Assembly: GCA_963705505.1 (NCBI GenBank)
Contig: CAVPJU010000006.1
Location: forward strand, 448,001-512,000
Length of the DNA: 64,000 nt
Direction of reading: 5' to 3'
Source of the DNA: an uncultured bacterium
GTDB taxonomy: Bacteria; Desulfobacterota_D; UBA1144; Nemesobacterales; UBA2774
Both the position numbers and the translations under genes were made by a program. Shown here piece by piece: positions 1-9,693 of the stretch (positions are counted from its first letter, which is position 1; the number at the start of each line of letters is the position of its first letter). Under the pieces are notes generated by a model. The model ran no database searches. It was not told the DNA's origin and worked only from the letters and a program-made list of their open reading frames with translations.

Positions 1-2
1 AT

Positions 3-383
3 ATCGTAAAACCGTTCAGCCCCCGCGAGCTCGTAGCCAGGGTAAAGACGGTGTTAAGGAGAACCGGGGCCAAAGAATCGGACGATAATATAATAAAGAT
101 CGGCCCGCTGACCATAAACACCGAAAAATACGAGGTCTCGGTGGATAACGATAAAATCCTCCTCACGACGACCGAGTTCAAGATACTCGAAGTGCTCGCC
201 GACGGTAAGGGCAGGGTATTTACAAGGGATCAGCTCTTGAAAAAGAAACGGCTTTGGGGTGATGATAAACTTGTCTATGACAGAACTATCGACGTCCACA
301 TCAAGAATCTCCGGGAGAAGCTGGGAACAGCAGGGAATATGATTAAAACAGTCAGAAGCATAGGTTATAAATTAGAAGAGTAG
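3..383 (+). CDS. OmpR/PhoB-family response regulator, C-terminal part (5' end outside window)
   Basis: Frame is open from position 3: IVKPFSPRELVARVKTVLRR (end of receiver), then winged helix LTTTEFKIL...RTIDVHIKNLREKL...IKTVRSIGY; directly upstream of a PhoR-like kinase. Confidence 0.9.
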   Translation: MVKPFSPRELVARVKTVLRRTGAKESDDNIIKIGPLTINTEKYEVSVDNDKILLTTTEFKILEVLADGKGRVFTRDQLLKKKRLWGDDKLVYDRTIDVHIKNLREKLGTAGNMIKTVRSIGYKLEE

Positions 384-390
384 GTAACTG

Positions 391-2160
391 TTGAGCATAT
401 TTTGGAAGCAGTTCATTTCCAGTTTTCTGATAATATTCCTCGTATTGTTTCTGTTCACTTTCCTCGTCATAGGTGAATTAAAAGATTACGATAAATCACT
501 CACCAAAGACAGGCTTCTGACCACCGCCAACCTCGTGAGCGAGGTCCTGAAACATCCTATAGACCAAGGTAATCCGGCAGAAATACAGCAACTGGTATCG
601 GAGCTCGGTGAGAAGACAGGGGTCAGGGTCACTGTAATCGCACGCGACGGCAGAGTTCTGGGCGATTCCACCAGGAACCCCGCGGAAATGGAAAACCACT
701 CGGACAGGCCCGAGATAAGGGAAGCCATATCGAACGACATCGGCGAGAGCAGCCGATACAGCGAGACCCTTCAAAAGCAGATGTCCTATGTAGCCGTCCC
801 GTACAGGGACGGCAGCGGCCAGATAAGGGCCGTCATACGGACTTCGCTCCCCCTGAGCTCGCTTGAAAACGCGATCCACCCGATCGAAAAGAAAGTCATC
901 TACCTGGGAACGGCTCTTACAGTGCTTGCGATATTCCTCTCTCTCGCGCTCTCGAAAACGATAACCATATCGCTCAGGGGGATTATGAATATTTCCGAAG
1001 AGCTCGCAAAAGGGAACCTCAACGTGAGCATTCCCGTGGCGGGCAGGAAAAATGAACTTTCCACGATCTCGGCAGCGCTCAACCGCATGGCTCAAAAATT
1101 AAACGAGCTGTTCAAGCAGTTGTCGAGGGAAAAGAACCAGCTCGAAGCCGTGCTCAGCGCCATGAGCGAAGGCGTAATGGTCGTATCCCATGAAGGCAGG
1201 GTGATCATCATTAATAACGCCTTAAAAAAGATGTTCAACCTGAAGGAGGACCCGACACGTAAACCCTACTGGGAGATATTGAGAAACAGGGAATTGACCA
1301 AACTGGTGGAAAGCGTGCTTGAGAACTGGATGCCCGACAGCCGGGAGATATTCTATCTCTATCCGGACGAAAAGTATTATTTCGTAAACGTCATTCCGCT
1401 CGATTCCCCGGATAAAGAGCTCATAGTGGTAATGTTCGACATCACCGACTTCAAAAGGCTCGAAAAGATAAAAGCGGATTTCATAGCCAATGTTTCGCAC
1501 GAACTGAGGACACCGCTTACCGCTATCATGGGGTATACCGAGACGCTCGAGGAAGAGGCTTATGAGAGCCCGGAGGACCAGAAGCACTTTTTAAGGATAA
1601 TAAAGCGCCACACGGACAGGCTCATAAACATTGTATCGGACCTGCTCGTTTTGTCGGAGGTCGAAAGCAGGGACTCTCTTTCGAAAGAGAATTCCGCAAA
1701 CGACCTCGAGGAAATCGACATAAACGAAGTTATTAAATCCTCTCTCGAAGCGCTCCGATCGAAAGCCGCGGAAAAGGAGCTCGAGGTGTCGTTCGAGGCC
1801 GCCAAAGACGTCTATAGAGTCAAAGCGAACAGATTCCTTCTCGAGCAGATGTTCATCAATTTGATAGACAACGCCGTAAAGTACACACCGGAAAACGGGA
1901 AGATCCGCATCAGGGTCTCAAACTCGGACTCTCAGGTACTGACCGAGATAGCGGATACGGGCATAGGGATACCGAAAGAGCACCTGCCCAGGATATTCGA
2001 GCGGTTTTACAGGGTCGACAAAACACGCTCGAGAAACCTCGGGGGCACAGGACTCGGACTCAGCATAGTCAAACATGTAGTGATAATGCACGGCGGTAAA
2101 ATAGAGGTCCAGAGCGAAGAGGGGAAGGGGAGTAAATTCAGTATAACCATCCCTCAGTAG
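391..2160 (+). CDS. phoR: PhoR-like sensor histidine kinase (TM, HAMP, PAS, HisKA, HATPase)
   Basis: H-box ANVSHELRTPLT, N-box NLIDNAVKY, G-boxes DTGIGI and GGTGLGLSIV; periplasmic MENHSDRPEI motif typical of PhoR. Confidence 0.8.
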   Translation: MSIFWKQFISSFLIIFLVLFLFTFLVIGELKDYDKSLTKDRLLTTANLVSEVLKHPIDQGNPAEIQQLVSELGEKTGVRVTVIARDGRVLGDSTRNPAEMENHSDRPEIREAISNDIGESSRYSETLQKQMSYVAVPYRDGSGQIRAVIRTSLPLSSLENAIHPIEKKVIYLGTALTVLAIFLSLALSKTITISLRGIMNISEELAKGNLNVSIPVAGRKNELSTISAALNRMAQKLNELFKQLSREKNQLEAVLSAMSEGVMVVSHEGRVIIINNALKKMFNLKEDPTRKPYWEILRNRELTKLVESVLENWMPDSREIFYLYPDEKYYFVNVIPLDSPDKELIVVMFDITDFKRLEKIKADFIANVSHELRTPLTAIMGYTETLEEEAYESPEDQKHFLRIIKRHTDRLINIVSDLLVLSEVESRDSLSKENSANDLEEIDINEVIKSSLEALRSKAAEKELEVSFEAAKDVYRVKANRFLLEQMFINLIDNAVKYTPENGKIRIRVSNSDSQVLTEIADTGIGIPKEHLPRIFERFYRVDKTRSRNLGGTGLGLSIVKHVVIMHGGKIEVQSEEGKGSKFSITIPQ

Positions 2161-2314
2161 AAATAAGCCCTATGCCGGGCCGGGAAAATTCTTAATACAT
2201 CGGAAAATAGCGGAGCGGCCCCGGACTCGCAGAAAGTCAAAATCCCCTCAAATTCTCTTCATAAACGCGCCGGTTAAATCTTCCGGGGCCGGGAACGTGG
2301 TATATGTGGACAAA

Positions 2315-3400
2315 TCAGGCGTTTCTGCCTATGGGGTAAGATCCGAGCACCTTCATATAAACACAATTTTTAGCGACCCTATCCAGGAGGCTCTTAATCG
2401 CCTTATCCTCTCTGTGCCCCTTAAAATCGACAAAAAACAGATATTCCCAGGGCCTTTCCTTGGACGGCCTGGATTCGATTTTAGTGAGATTCACCCGGGC
2501 CTCGGCAAAGGGCTGAAAAAAGGATTTTTGCAGCTCGCCGGGCTTATCCTTAAGCGAGAAAACGATCGATGTCCTGTCGTCCCCCGAGGGGCCGCTCATG
2601 CGGCTGCCTATCACAAAAAATCTGGTCGTGTTCCATGAATTATCCTCGATGTTCTTCTCGAGGATCTTCAATTTATAGATCGAAGCCGAATGCTCACTCG
2701 CCACTGCCGCAATCCCTTTATTCCGGGATGCGAGCCTCGCTGCGGCGGCGGTGCTTGCGGTTTCACGGACTTTCGCGTTCGCGAGATTCTTGTTCAGCCA
2801 CTTTTTACACTGAGCAAGGGGCTGAGGGTGGGAAGCGATAACTCTGATATCCTTGAGCGATCCGGTTTTAGAGAGGAGGAAGAGATTAATTTTTTCGAAG
2901 AGCTCGGCCGAGACGGTGAGGTTCGAGCGGGAAAGCAGGTCGAGTACCACGCCGATCGAGCCTTCGATGGAGTTCTCGACCGGAACCACTCCGAAAGAGG
3001 CCCTTCCGTTCTCAACTTCCTCAAATACCTCAGCGAAGCTCCCGACAGGCAGGAGCCCCGCGGAGCCTCCGAACTCGTGAAAGGCCGCCTGGTGCGAAAA
3101 GCTTCCTTCCGGACCGAGGAACGCCACTTTGAGCGGGTGCTGAAGGGCCCGGCAACCGGAAATAATCTCACGGTAGATATTCAGCACGGAGTCGTCGGAG
3201 AGGGGGCCCGGGTTTATTTCCCTGAGCCTTTTTTCGATCTGACCCTCCCTTACCGGGTCGTATACGCCGACGTGATTTTCTTTCTTGAGCTCCCTGATTT
3301 TGAGCACAACCTCACCGCGCCTGTTCAATAAATCGAGTATCTCGCGGTCGAGTTCGTCTATTTTTTTTCTGAGATTCGTTAGGTTGTCCGAGGAGCCCAT
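2315..3400 (-). CDS. pheA: Chorismate mutase/prephenate dehydratase (P-protein)
   Basis: N-terminal LRKKIDELDREILDLLNRR chorismate mutase; GVVPVENSIEG, NTTRFFVI; ACT domain LTKIESRP. Confidence 0.95.
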   Translation of the reverse strand: MGSSDNLTNLRKKIDELDREILDLLNRRGEVVLKIRELKKENHVGVYDPVREGQIEKRLREINPGPLSDDSVLNIYREIISGCRALQHPLKVAFLGPEGSFSHQAAFHEFGGSAGLLPVGSFAEVFEEVENGRASFGVVPVENSIEGSIGVVLDLLSRSNLTVSAELFEKINLFLLSKTGSLKDIRVIASHPQPLAQCKKWLNKNLANAKVRETASTAAAARLASRNKGIAAVASEHSASIYKLKILEKNIEDNSWNTTRFFVIGSRMSGPSGDDRTSIVFSLKDKPGELQKSFFQPFAEARVNLTKIESRPSKERPWEYLFFVDFKGHREDKAIKSLLDRVAKNCVYMKVLGSYPIGRNA

Positions 3401-3522
3401 TATTTATTATTCGAAGTGATTTAAGGACAATGATAGCAACAGGGAAAATATATGTCAAATTGGCCCGGGCGGCCCCGGAACTATACGTCAAGAGCATAAA
3501 ACCGGCACACAATACAAAGCCT

Positions 3523-4044
3523 TCACAACTCCCTCTGCACCACGTCCGACTCAATCAGAGCCGCTTTCCCAATCACCGATTTTTTCACGAAAATAGGTGC
3601 ATTCATCCTCGACGCAAGCGCTATCGCATCGCTCGGGCGGGCGTCTATCTTCGATACCCTGCCGTTTACCGACATTATCACCTGAGCGTAAAAAACCTGG
3701 TCGCGAAGATCCGTTATAACGATCCTTTTTACCTCCGCATTCATCGTCCTCACGATCGCGGCAACCAGGTCGTACGTGAGCGGCCGGGGCGGTACTATTC
3801 CGGAAAGCCCTATCTCTATAGACCGTGCCTCACACAACCCGATCCATATCGGAAGAACATTCCCATTTTTTTTATCCGTAAGCAGAACGACAGGCGTTTG
3901 GGCTGCCTGGTCGAACCCGAGGCCCGTGATTACCATCTCCTGCTCAGGGTCCTCGTTCTTCTTTTCAACACCGAGCGTCACGGAAACGGCAAAAAATGCG
4001 AAAATACTCAAAGCCATCCCTATAAAATTGACCCTGCTGCCCAT
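3523..4044 (-). CDS. Bifunctional nuclease family (DUF151) protein with N-terminal hydrophobic segment
   Basis: LPIWIGLCEA, PRPLTYDL and IDARPSDAIALA motifs; start could be 4044 or 4074. Confidence 0.85.
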   Translation of the reverse strand: MGSRVNFIGMALSIFAFFAVSVTLGVEKKNEDPEQEMVITGLGFDQAAQTPVVLLTDKKNGNVLPIWIGLCEARSIEIGLSGIVPPRPLTYDLVAAIVRTMNAEVKRIVITDLRDQVFYAQVIMSVNGRVSKIDARPSDAIALASRMNAPIFVKKSVIGKAALIESDVVQREL

Positions 4045-4154
4045 AACGAATGCCTCCCGGGAGTAGAATATCACAAACCCGGGTGAATCAGTACAGGATT
4101 GCTTCAGGAGATGAGATTGAAAACGTGCAAGCGGGGAAATCGGCTTACGGGACG

Positions 4155-4424
4155 TTATTTTTCGCCGATCATATAACGGCAGCCCTCGGGGCCGATCTTC
4201 GCGGAATGAACCGTGCCCGCGGGAACGTCGAACCTCTCTCCGGGACCGTAAGTCGCCGTGTTTCCCTCCGAGGTCACGGTTATTCGACCCTCGAGTACTA
4301 TATGTGCGGTTATTCCCCTATGGGTATGCTCGGGGTAAAAAGCGTAGGGGCTGTCTCTGTGGACGAATATTCCTGAAAACCCTTCCGCGCGGAGCTCCTT
4401 CTCAAAGTCTTTTTCGCTCTTCAT
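4155..4424 (-). CDS. Small cupin-domain protein
   Basis: YPEHTH...HIVLEG...PGERFDVPAGTVH cupin motifs. Confidence 0.85.
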   Translation of the reverse strand: MKSEKDFEKELRAEGFSGIFVHRDSPYAFYPEHTHRGITAHIVLEGRITVTSEGNTATYGPGERFDVPAGTVHSAKIGPEGCRYMIGEK

Positions 4425-4475
4425 ATTTCACTGAAAGTTTCTCGGAGAATGCAGCTATAAAAGATTAGAGACGGA

Positions 4476-5372
4476 TCAAAACCTTGTTATTGATCCCTTT
4501 TCGAACCTCGGGTTCTTGACCGTGCCCAAGATTTTACCGCCCAGGCTGCCGTCCCTCTGAGTTACCAGATACGGGGCTAAAAGCCCCTTGTACTTCGCCA
4601 TCTGGTCCCCCTTTATCTGCAGCCTGTACCCCAGATCTATAACTCCACCTTTAGGAATTTCCCAGAGGAGCGGGGCATTGCCGGTTATCTCCAGGTCGAT
4701 GTCTTTCCCGGTCACATTAAATTCCTCTATGTTTGTCCTCTTTCCGTCGATATTCCCTTTGAAAACCGACTTCAAATCAGTGAAGCTCGGGAGACTGAAC
4801 CCCTTAACTTTTATGTTCTTTATATTCAGCTGATTTATCTCGAACTGGAAGTCACCCTTGGGCTCGCGTCCCATCTGAATATTAACCCTCCCGTCCACCA
4901 CGCCGCCCAGGGCGAATAACTCACCGCTCTCAGGGGACAACAGAGAGGGGATCGAATCGATCTTCAGATGCCTCACAGTCGCTTCTACGCCACTGAGGCG
5001 CGATTCCGCTTTGATTAAACTGAGGCTCCCTTCTATCTCACCGTTCAGGAGCTCGGCCTTAAACGGAAATTTCGGGTTATCCGAAAAGACTGCGAGGACA
5101 GAAGGCCTTATGCTTAAGCTATCCAGCTCGAGGTAACGGTCCTTTGACTTATACAGCTTAACGCCTTCGAGGTTTATGCTTAATAGGGGAGAAATGCTCG
5201 CCTTCTCTACATCCGCCTTAAAGGGGGTGTTGTTCTCGATCTCGGCTATTATACGTTTTTTTATCAGTTCGCCGGGGAATGTTATAAATAGAAATAGAGA
5301 GAACACTATTAAGAAAAATATAGTATATGACAACGGTTTAATGTGTTTGTATTTCGTGAACCTTTCTTTCAA
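4476..5372 (-). CDS. gspN: Type II secretion system protein GspN-like
   Basis: N-terminal TM ending in TFP, beta-rich body; follows gspL/gspM-like genes. Confidence 0.65.
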   Translation of the reverse strand: MKERFTKYKHIKPLSYTIFFLIVFSLFLFITFPGELIKKRIIAEIENNTPFKADVEKASISPLLSINLEGVKLYKSKDRYLELDSLSIRPSVLAVFSDNPKFPFKAELLNGEIEGSLSLIKAESRLSGVEATVRHLKIDSIPSLLSPESGELFALGGVVDGRVNIQMGREPKGDFQFEINQLNIKNIKVKGFSLPSFTDLKSVFKGNIDGKRTNIEEFNVTGKDIDLEITGNAPLLWEIPKGGVIDLGYRLQIKGDQMAKYKGLLAPYLVTQRDGSLGGKILGTVKNPRFEKGSITRF

Positions 5373-5373
5373 A

Positions 5374-5973
5374 TCAGCTTAACTCCCTGAACTTGAAGGT
5401 CGACACGCGGAGCTTAACAGTCATGGAATCCGACTTGTTGAACTTCGTGCTTATATTCAAGTTCGACACCTTGAGAAATGAAGACGTATTTTGAATCTTA
5501 TATAAAATGTCGACTAGGTCTTTGAGCGATAAATCCTTCAACTCGACATCGATGCTGCTCTCTTCATAAAAATCCTCGGACTCGGAGGTTTTTAAATTAA
5601 CATCCTTTATCGAAAAGTTCTTTCTGTCTATATTCTCATCCAGAAGTATACGTTCAACAACGGAAATAAGGGGCTCGTTCTCCTCCTTCATCTTACTTGA
5701 GAGCTCGGCTATTCTTTTTTTCGAATCTTCGTATTCATTCTGGAGATTCTCTATCCTGCCGAGCTCCGCCTCAAGCTGTTTCACCTGCTTCTCGAGATGC
5801 TCGGTCCCGGAAGAGAAGGAATGGAAAATCATGTATACAATCAGGAGACATAAACCCGCTCCGCCGATTTTAATGGCCCTTTTGTCCCTGTCCGATGAAG
5901 AAAGACGGGTAAACCTTTCACGCAGTTCCCTGAAAGCCTTTCTTGTATTTTCGATCGACGTATTCACGTCCAT
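5374..5973 (-). CDS. gspM: Type II secretion system protein GspM-like
   Basis: RLSSSDRDKR before a single TM, coiled coil, ferredoxin-like C-terminus (LSLKDLVDILYKI); operon position. Confidence 0.65.
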   Translation of the reverse strand: MDVNTSIENTRKAFRELRERFTRLSSSDRDKRAIKIGGAGLCLLIVYMIFHSFSSGTEHLEKQVKQLEAELGRIENLQNEYEDSKKRIAELSSKMKEENEPLISVVERILLDENIDRKNFSIKDVNLKTSESEDFYEESSIDVELKDLSLKDLVDILYKIQNTSSFLKVSNLNISTKFNKSDSMTVKLRVSTFKFRELS

Positions 5974-5974
5974 A

Positions 5975-7477
5975 TCAGACTTCCGACCTCAATACGAGGG
6001 ATAACTCGAACTTCGTCTTGCCGTCAACAGTATTACCCGTTTGGTCCCTTGTTACCGACTCGAATATTTTAGATTTGGAAAGGGCGTCTTCGATTTCCGT
6101 GACTTCCTGGTATGAATCGCAGACTCCCTGAATCTTCAGCTTTTTATCGCTCTCGAATTTTATATCGTTTACGACTAATTTCATGCTCTCAGGCAGGCTG
6201 CTGGATATATTCCTCAGGACTTCAAGAGGGGTGCTTGCGCCCTCTACGCCCTCGATCAGATTGAGTTTTTCCCTCAGTTTCGAAACCTCCGAATCCATGA
6301 ACTCGACCGGCCTAGGTATTACTTTTTCATTCGGGAAAGTATCCTTCACTACCTGCGTAATCTGCCCTTCGAGACTGTTCACTTCCTTTTTCAGCTCAAA
6401 ATACCTGGATGCGCCGTTGTAGAGGAAAAGTATAAGCAGTAATGCAAAGAGTATGGCCGGGGCCATAAAGACCTTTCTCAATTCACGGTCCGCGCCCGAG
6501 TACTTGAACTCCTCCTTCCTGTAATTGAGGTATCCGCTCTTAAACGAGCTGCCGTAGAGGGCGAGCGCATAAGACCTCGCGTACAAGAGGGAGTTATCCG
6601 CGCCGAGGTCGGGGATAAACAGTTTTTTCACTTCCCTCCCGAATTCCTGCTTAAAAATATCGGTTATGCCCGGCGTTTGAGAAATGACGCCCGAAATCAG
6701 TATCGTCTTTATCGAATCCTTTAGCTCTATCTCAAAAAAATGCAGTGTCTTTTTTATCTCGCTTATCACGGGCGAAAGACAGCTCTTTAAATGCTCGCTC
6801 CCCGCACCTGCAAGCTCCTCCTTGGAAAACCCGAAATCATCGACAGGGGCCCCGGTGTATCCGCACAGATTCTCGACGAATGACTCGACAGGTTTTTTCG
6901 ACGACCGGGCCCGTTTTATTCCGTTCTCATCGAACAGGGTAAAACTCAAATCCCCTTCCCCTATGTCGACCAGCATAAGCGGCCTTGGACCCTCAATCAC
7001 CTCATTTAAGGCTCCGAATGCCAGAGGGGTATAGGTCATTACCTTGGGATCAATGCCCGCTTTATTGAAAAAACCCAGGAGGGACCCTACGTCCTCTTTT
7101 TCGAAGACGCATACGAGCGCCTCGCTCCCGCTTTCGTTCTTGACCAGATGGTAGCCATGGATCTTCTCCCGAGGGTCGAATGTGGATATGTTCTCGAGCT
7201 CAAAGCCGTATATCTGGTCTATCTTTTTCGGATCGGAGAACGGGAACTTTATTACCCTTACGGAAATGGGGTCCTCGGGGAGGGAAACGGCGATATCGCC
7301 TTTGGGTAAAGAGTATTCCCTGAATACGTTGTTTAAGGATTCGGACGAGCCCTCAGCGAATTCAGATGACTTCGTCCTTATCGTCTGAAGCAGCTGGACA
7401 TCTCTTAAGCCTCTTTTAATTAAGGATATCCTTACGTCTTTCCTACCTAAATCGAGCCCTATGAATCTTCCGTACAT
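5975..7477 (-). CDS. gspL: GspL-like protein (PilM-type actin-like domain + TM + PilN-like domain)
   Basis: IGLDLG and MLVDIGEG actin-fold motifs, TM near aa 340, C-terminal LKIQG...EIEDALSKSKIF PilN-like region. Confidence 0.7.
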   Translation of the reverse strand: MYGRFIGLDLGRKDVRISLIKRGLRDVQLLQTIRTKSSEFAEGSSESLNNVFREYSLPKGDIAVSLPEDPISVRVIKFPFSDPKKIDQIYGFELENISTFDPREKIHGYHLVKNESGSEALVCVFEKEDVGSLLGFFNKAGIDPKVMTYTPLAFGALNEVIEGPRPLMLVDIGEGDLSFTLFDENGIKRARSSKKPVESFVENLCGYTGAPVDDFGFSKEELAGAGSEHLKSCLSPVISEIKKTLHFFEIELKDSIKTILISGVISQTPGITDIFKQEFGREVKKLFIPDLGADNSLLYARSYALALYGSSFKSGYLNYRKEEFKYSGADRELRKVFMAPAILFALLLILFLYNGASRYFELKKEVNSLEGQITQVVKDTFPNEKVIPRPVEFMDSEVSKLREKLNLIEGVEGASTPLEVLRNISSSLPESMKLVVNDIKFESDKKLKIQGVCDSYQEVTEIEDALSKSKIFESVTRDQTGNTVDGKTKFELSLVLRSEV

Positions 7478-7544
7478 TTTTAAGTAATTTACTTAATCTA
7501 ACCCTGTAAATCTAAAGTAAAGCCCCTTTAAAGTCAAATAAATC

Positions 7545-8288
7545 TTACATCCCCTTCGCTCTCGAAAGTGTGAATACGGAAACCCGGGACGCGCCCGATT
7601 TGAGGATTACACGGGCACATTCGTCACACGTAGATCCGGTAGTAAACACATCATCGACAAGTAATACGGATCTATTCTTAAACCTATCGGGAAAGGCGGC
7701 CGAAAAGGCTCCCCTAACGTTCCTTCTTCTCTCGTCCTCGTTTCTGAATTCAAACTGGGGACGCGTATCCCTTGTCTTTTTTAAAGCGAGAAAGTCGCAT
7801 TTAACACCCGCGCTGCGCGCCAAATTATACGCGAGCACCGCAGACTGATTGTACTCCCTCTGTCTCAGCTTGCTGATGTGCATCGGCACAGGCACGACCA
7901 GATCGAAGCTGCCGGGAACATTATGAAAATTTTCAATCATCAGAGCCGAGAAGACTCTCTCGAGGCCGAGCCTGCCCTCGTATTTGAATTCATGAATCAT
8001 GTCTCTTATCTTACCGTCATAAAGCAGGACTGAACGAGCCGCATCAAACCTGAACGCACCTCTTAAACACCTGCCGCAGAGATGGCCTTCTTGGACGCGG
8101 GAAGGGGCTTCTTCCCCGCTTTCATAATCTTCATCGCTGAAGAATCCGAAAGGAGTCCCGCATCTGATACATGAGGTAAATTCACTTATAAACTTAGCTT
8201 CGGAAAGACACTCAACGCATACCGATTCTTCTCCCCCTAACGGGCGGTCACACCTGGAGCAGACATTCGGAAATATCAGGTCGAGCAT
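7545..8288 (-). CDS. comF: ComF-family competence protein (double zinc ribbon + PRTase domain)
   Basis: CxxC pairs; VPVPMH...RQREYNQS; VLLVDDVFTTGST. Confidence 0.92.
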   Translation of the reverse strand: MLDLIFPNVCSRCDRPLGGEESVCVECLSEAKFISEFTSCIRCGTPFGFFSDEDYESGEEAPSRVQEGHLCGRCLRGAFRFDAARSVLLYDGKIRDMIHEFKYEGRLGLERVFSALMIENFHNVPGSFDLVVPVPMHISKLRQREYNQSAVLAYNLARSAGVKCDFLALKKTRDTRPQFEFRNEDERRRNVRGAFSAAFPDRFKNRSVLLVDDVFTTGSTCDECARVILKSGASRVSVFTLSRAKGM

Positions 8289-8352
8289 TTATGCGGGCTT
8301 AAAAATTTAATAAACAGACGGTTCTTTGGTTTCGAGGATATGTACGGGAGAG

Positions 8353-9453
8353 CTAAACCCGCATCGGCATTATCACGGACAGATAAACCTCATCCCCTTC
8401 GGGCCTCAGAACAGCGGGGCTCAACTCGTCGATGAGTCCGATCTGCACCCTTTCCTCCGCTATTACCTCCAGGACATCCATCAGGTATCTAGCATTGAAC
8501 CCGAGCTCCATAGGGTCGCCGGAATAGTCGAGCGGCACCGTTTCTTTTGCCTCGCCGATCTCCGGTGAGACGGAGATCATGGTCATCCCTCCACGGTTAA
8601 TTATAAACTTCACGCTTCTCGTTTTTTCGGAAGAAAGTATCGAAACCCTCTTAAGCGCTCTCAGAAACTCGTTCCTGTCCAGCGTAAGCTTGGCCTTCGT
8701 TACCTCGGGCGTGACCTGACGGTAATCCGGAAAATCTGCGTCGATCAGCCTGGCAATGAGTATTATGTCCTCTCCCTCGGCCATGAAAAAATTATCCCCC
8801 GCGCCTATCCTAACCTTATCCGAAAGCTTGAGGACTTTTCTCAGCTCCGCCACGCCTTTTTTCGGCACTACGAAGCCCTTACTGAACTTCACCCTGCTGT
8901 CTATGTTCTTCTCTACGAGGGAAAGGCGGTGGCCGTCTGTCGCAACGAGCCTCATACTTTTGCTGCCCGCTTCCTCAAAAAAAATACCAGCCAGATTCCT
9001 TCTCAGCTCGTCTGGAGAAACGGCAAAAATAGTCTTCGATATCATTTCCTCAAGGAGCGAGCTTTCGACGGAAAAAAGGTTATCGGAATGAAGCTCCGGG
9101 ATAATGGGAAAGTCTTCGCTCGGGAGCCCGGCTATCTTGAATACCGCCGACGAAGACCTTATTTCCACCCAGTGGTTCCCTATTTCCTCGACCTCTATTT
9201 CACCCGTCTCGAGCTCTTTGATTATCTCGTAGAGCTTCCTCGCGGGGACGGCTATGCTTCCCGCCTCCGATACCTCGGCCCCCGACCACGTGCTCATGGT
9301 CGTTTCCAGATCGGTAGCCGAAATTCCGATCTTGTTTTTATCGACGTTCAGGAGGACGTGCGAGAGAACGGGCATTGTGGCGCGTCTTTCCGAGATTCCC
9401 TGTACCAGCCCCAGCTTCAGCGAAAAGTCTTCTGCTTGAGTCTTGAACTTCAT
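8353..9453 (-). CDS. dnaN: DNA polymerase III beta sliding clamp
   Basis: ATDLE, VATDGHRL, FPDYRQV, GFNARYLMD, VIMPMR; 366 aa, downstream of dnaA. Confidence 0.98.
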   Translation of the reverse strand: MKFKTQAEDFSLKLGLVQGISERRATMPVLSHVLLNVDKNKIGISATDLETTMSTWSGAEVSEAGSIAVPARKLYEIIKELETGEIEVEEIGNHWVEIRSSSAVFKIAGLPSEDFPIIPELHSDNLFSVESSLLEEMISKTIFAVSPDELRRNLAGIFFEEAGSKSMRLVATDGHRLSLVEKNIDSRVKFSKGFVVPKKGVAELRKVLKLSDKVRIGAGDNFFMAEGEDIILIARLIDADFPDYRQVTPEVTKAKLTLDRNEFLRALKRVSILSSEKTRSVKFIINRGGMTMISVSPEIGEAKETVPLDYSGDPMELGFNARYLMDVLEVIAEERVQIGLIDELSPAVLRPEGDEVYLSVIMPMRV

Positions 9454-9693
9454 AGTATCTGCTCCTGCTTATAACATTGAATAGTATTATATATTTATAG
9501 TAGTAGTAATAGTAGGGCCTGTTAATTTGTTGAGAAGTACTCAAATACATCTAAAACAAACGGAATTTTATGTTCACAAACCTGTTGATAATCGGGACAA
9601 GTTATCCACGTCCATCCACAGGGTATCTCTTAAAATGTAAAATCCCGCCTTTTCCACAAATGTATACACAACGTTATTCACCCTCTATCCACT
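9454..9693. other. Replication origin oriC (dnaA-dnaN intergenic)
   Basis: DnaA-box-like 9-mers at 9583-9591, 9602-9610, 9612-9620, 9650-9658, 9662-9670, 9674-9682; DnaA-trio run TAGTAGTAGTAATAGTAG 9498-9515 next to GGCC; AT-rich 9475-9500. Confidence 0.88.
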
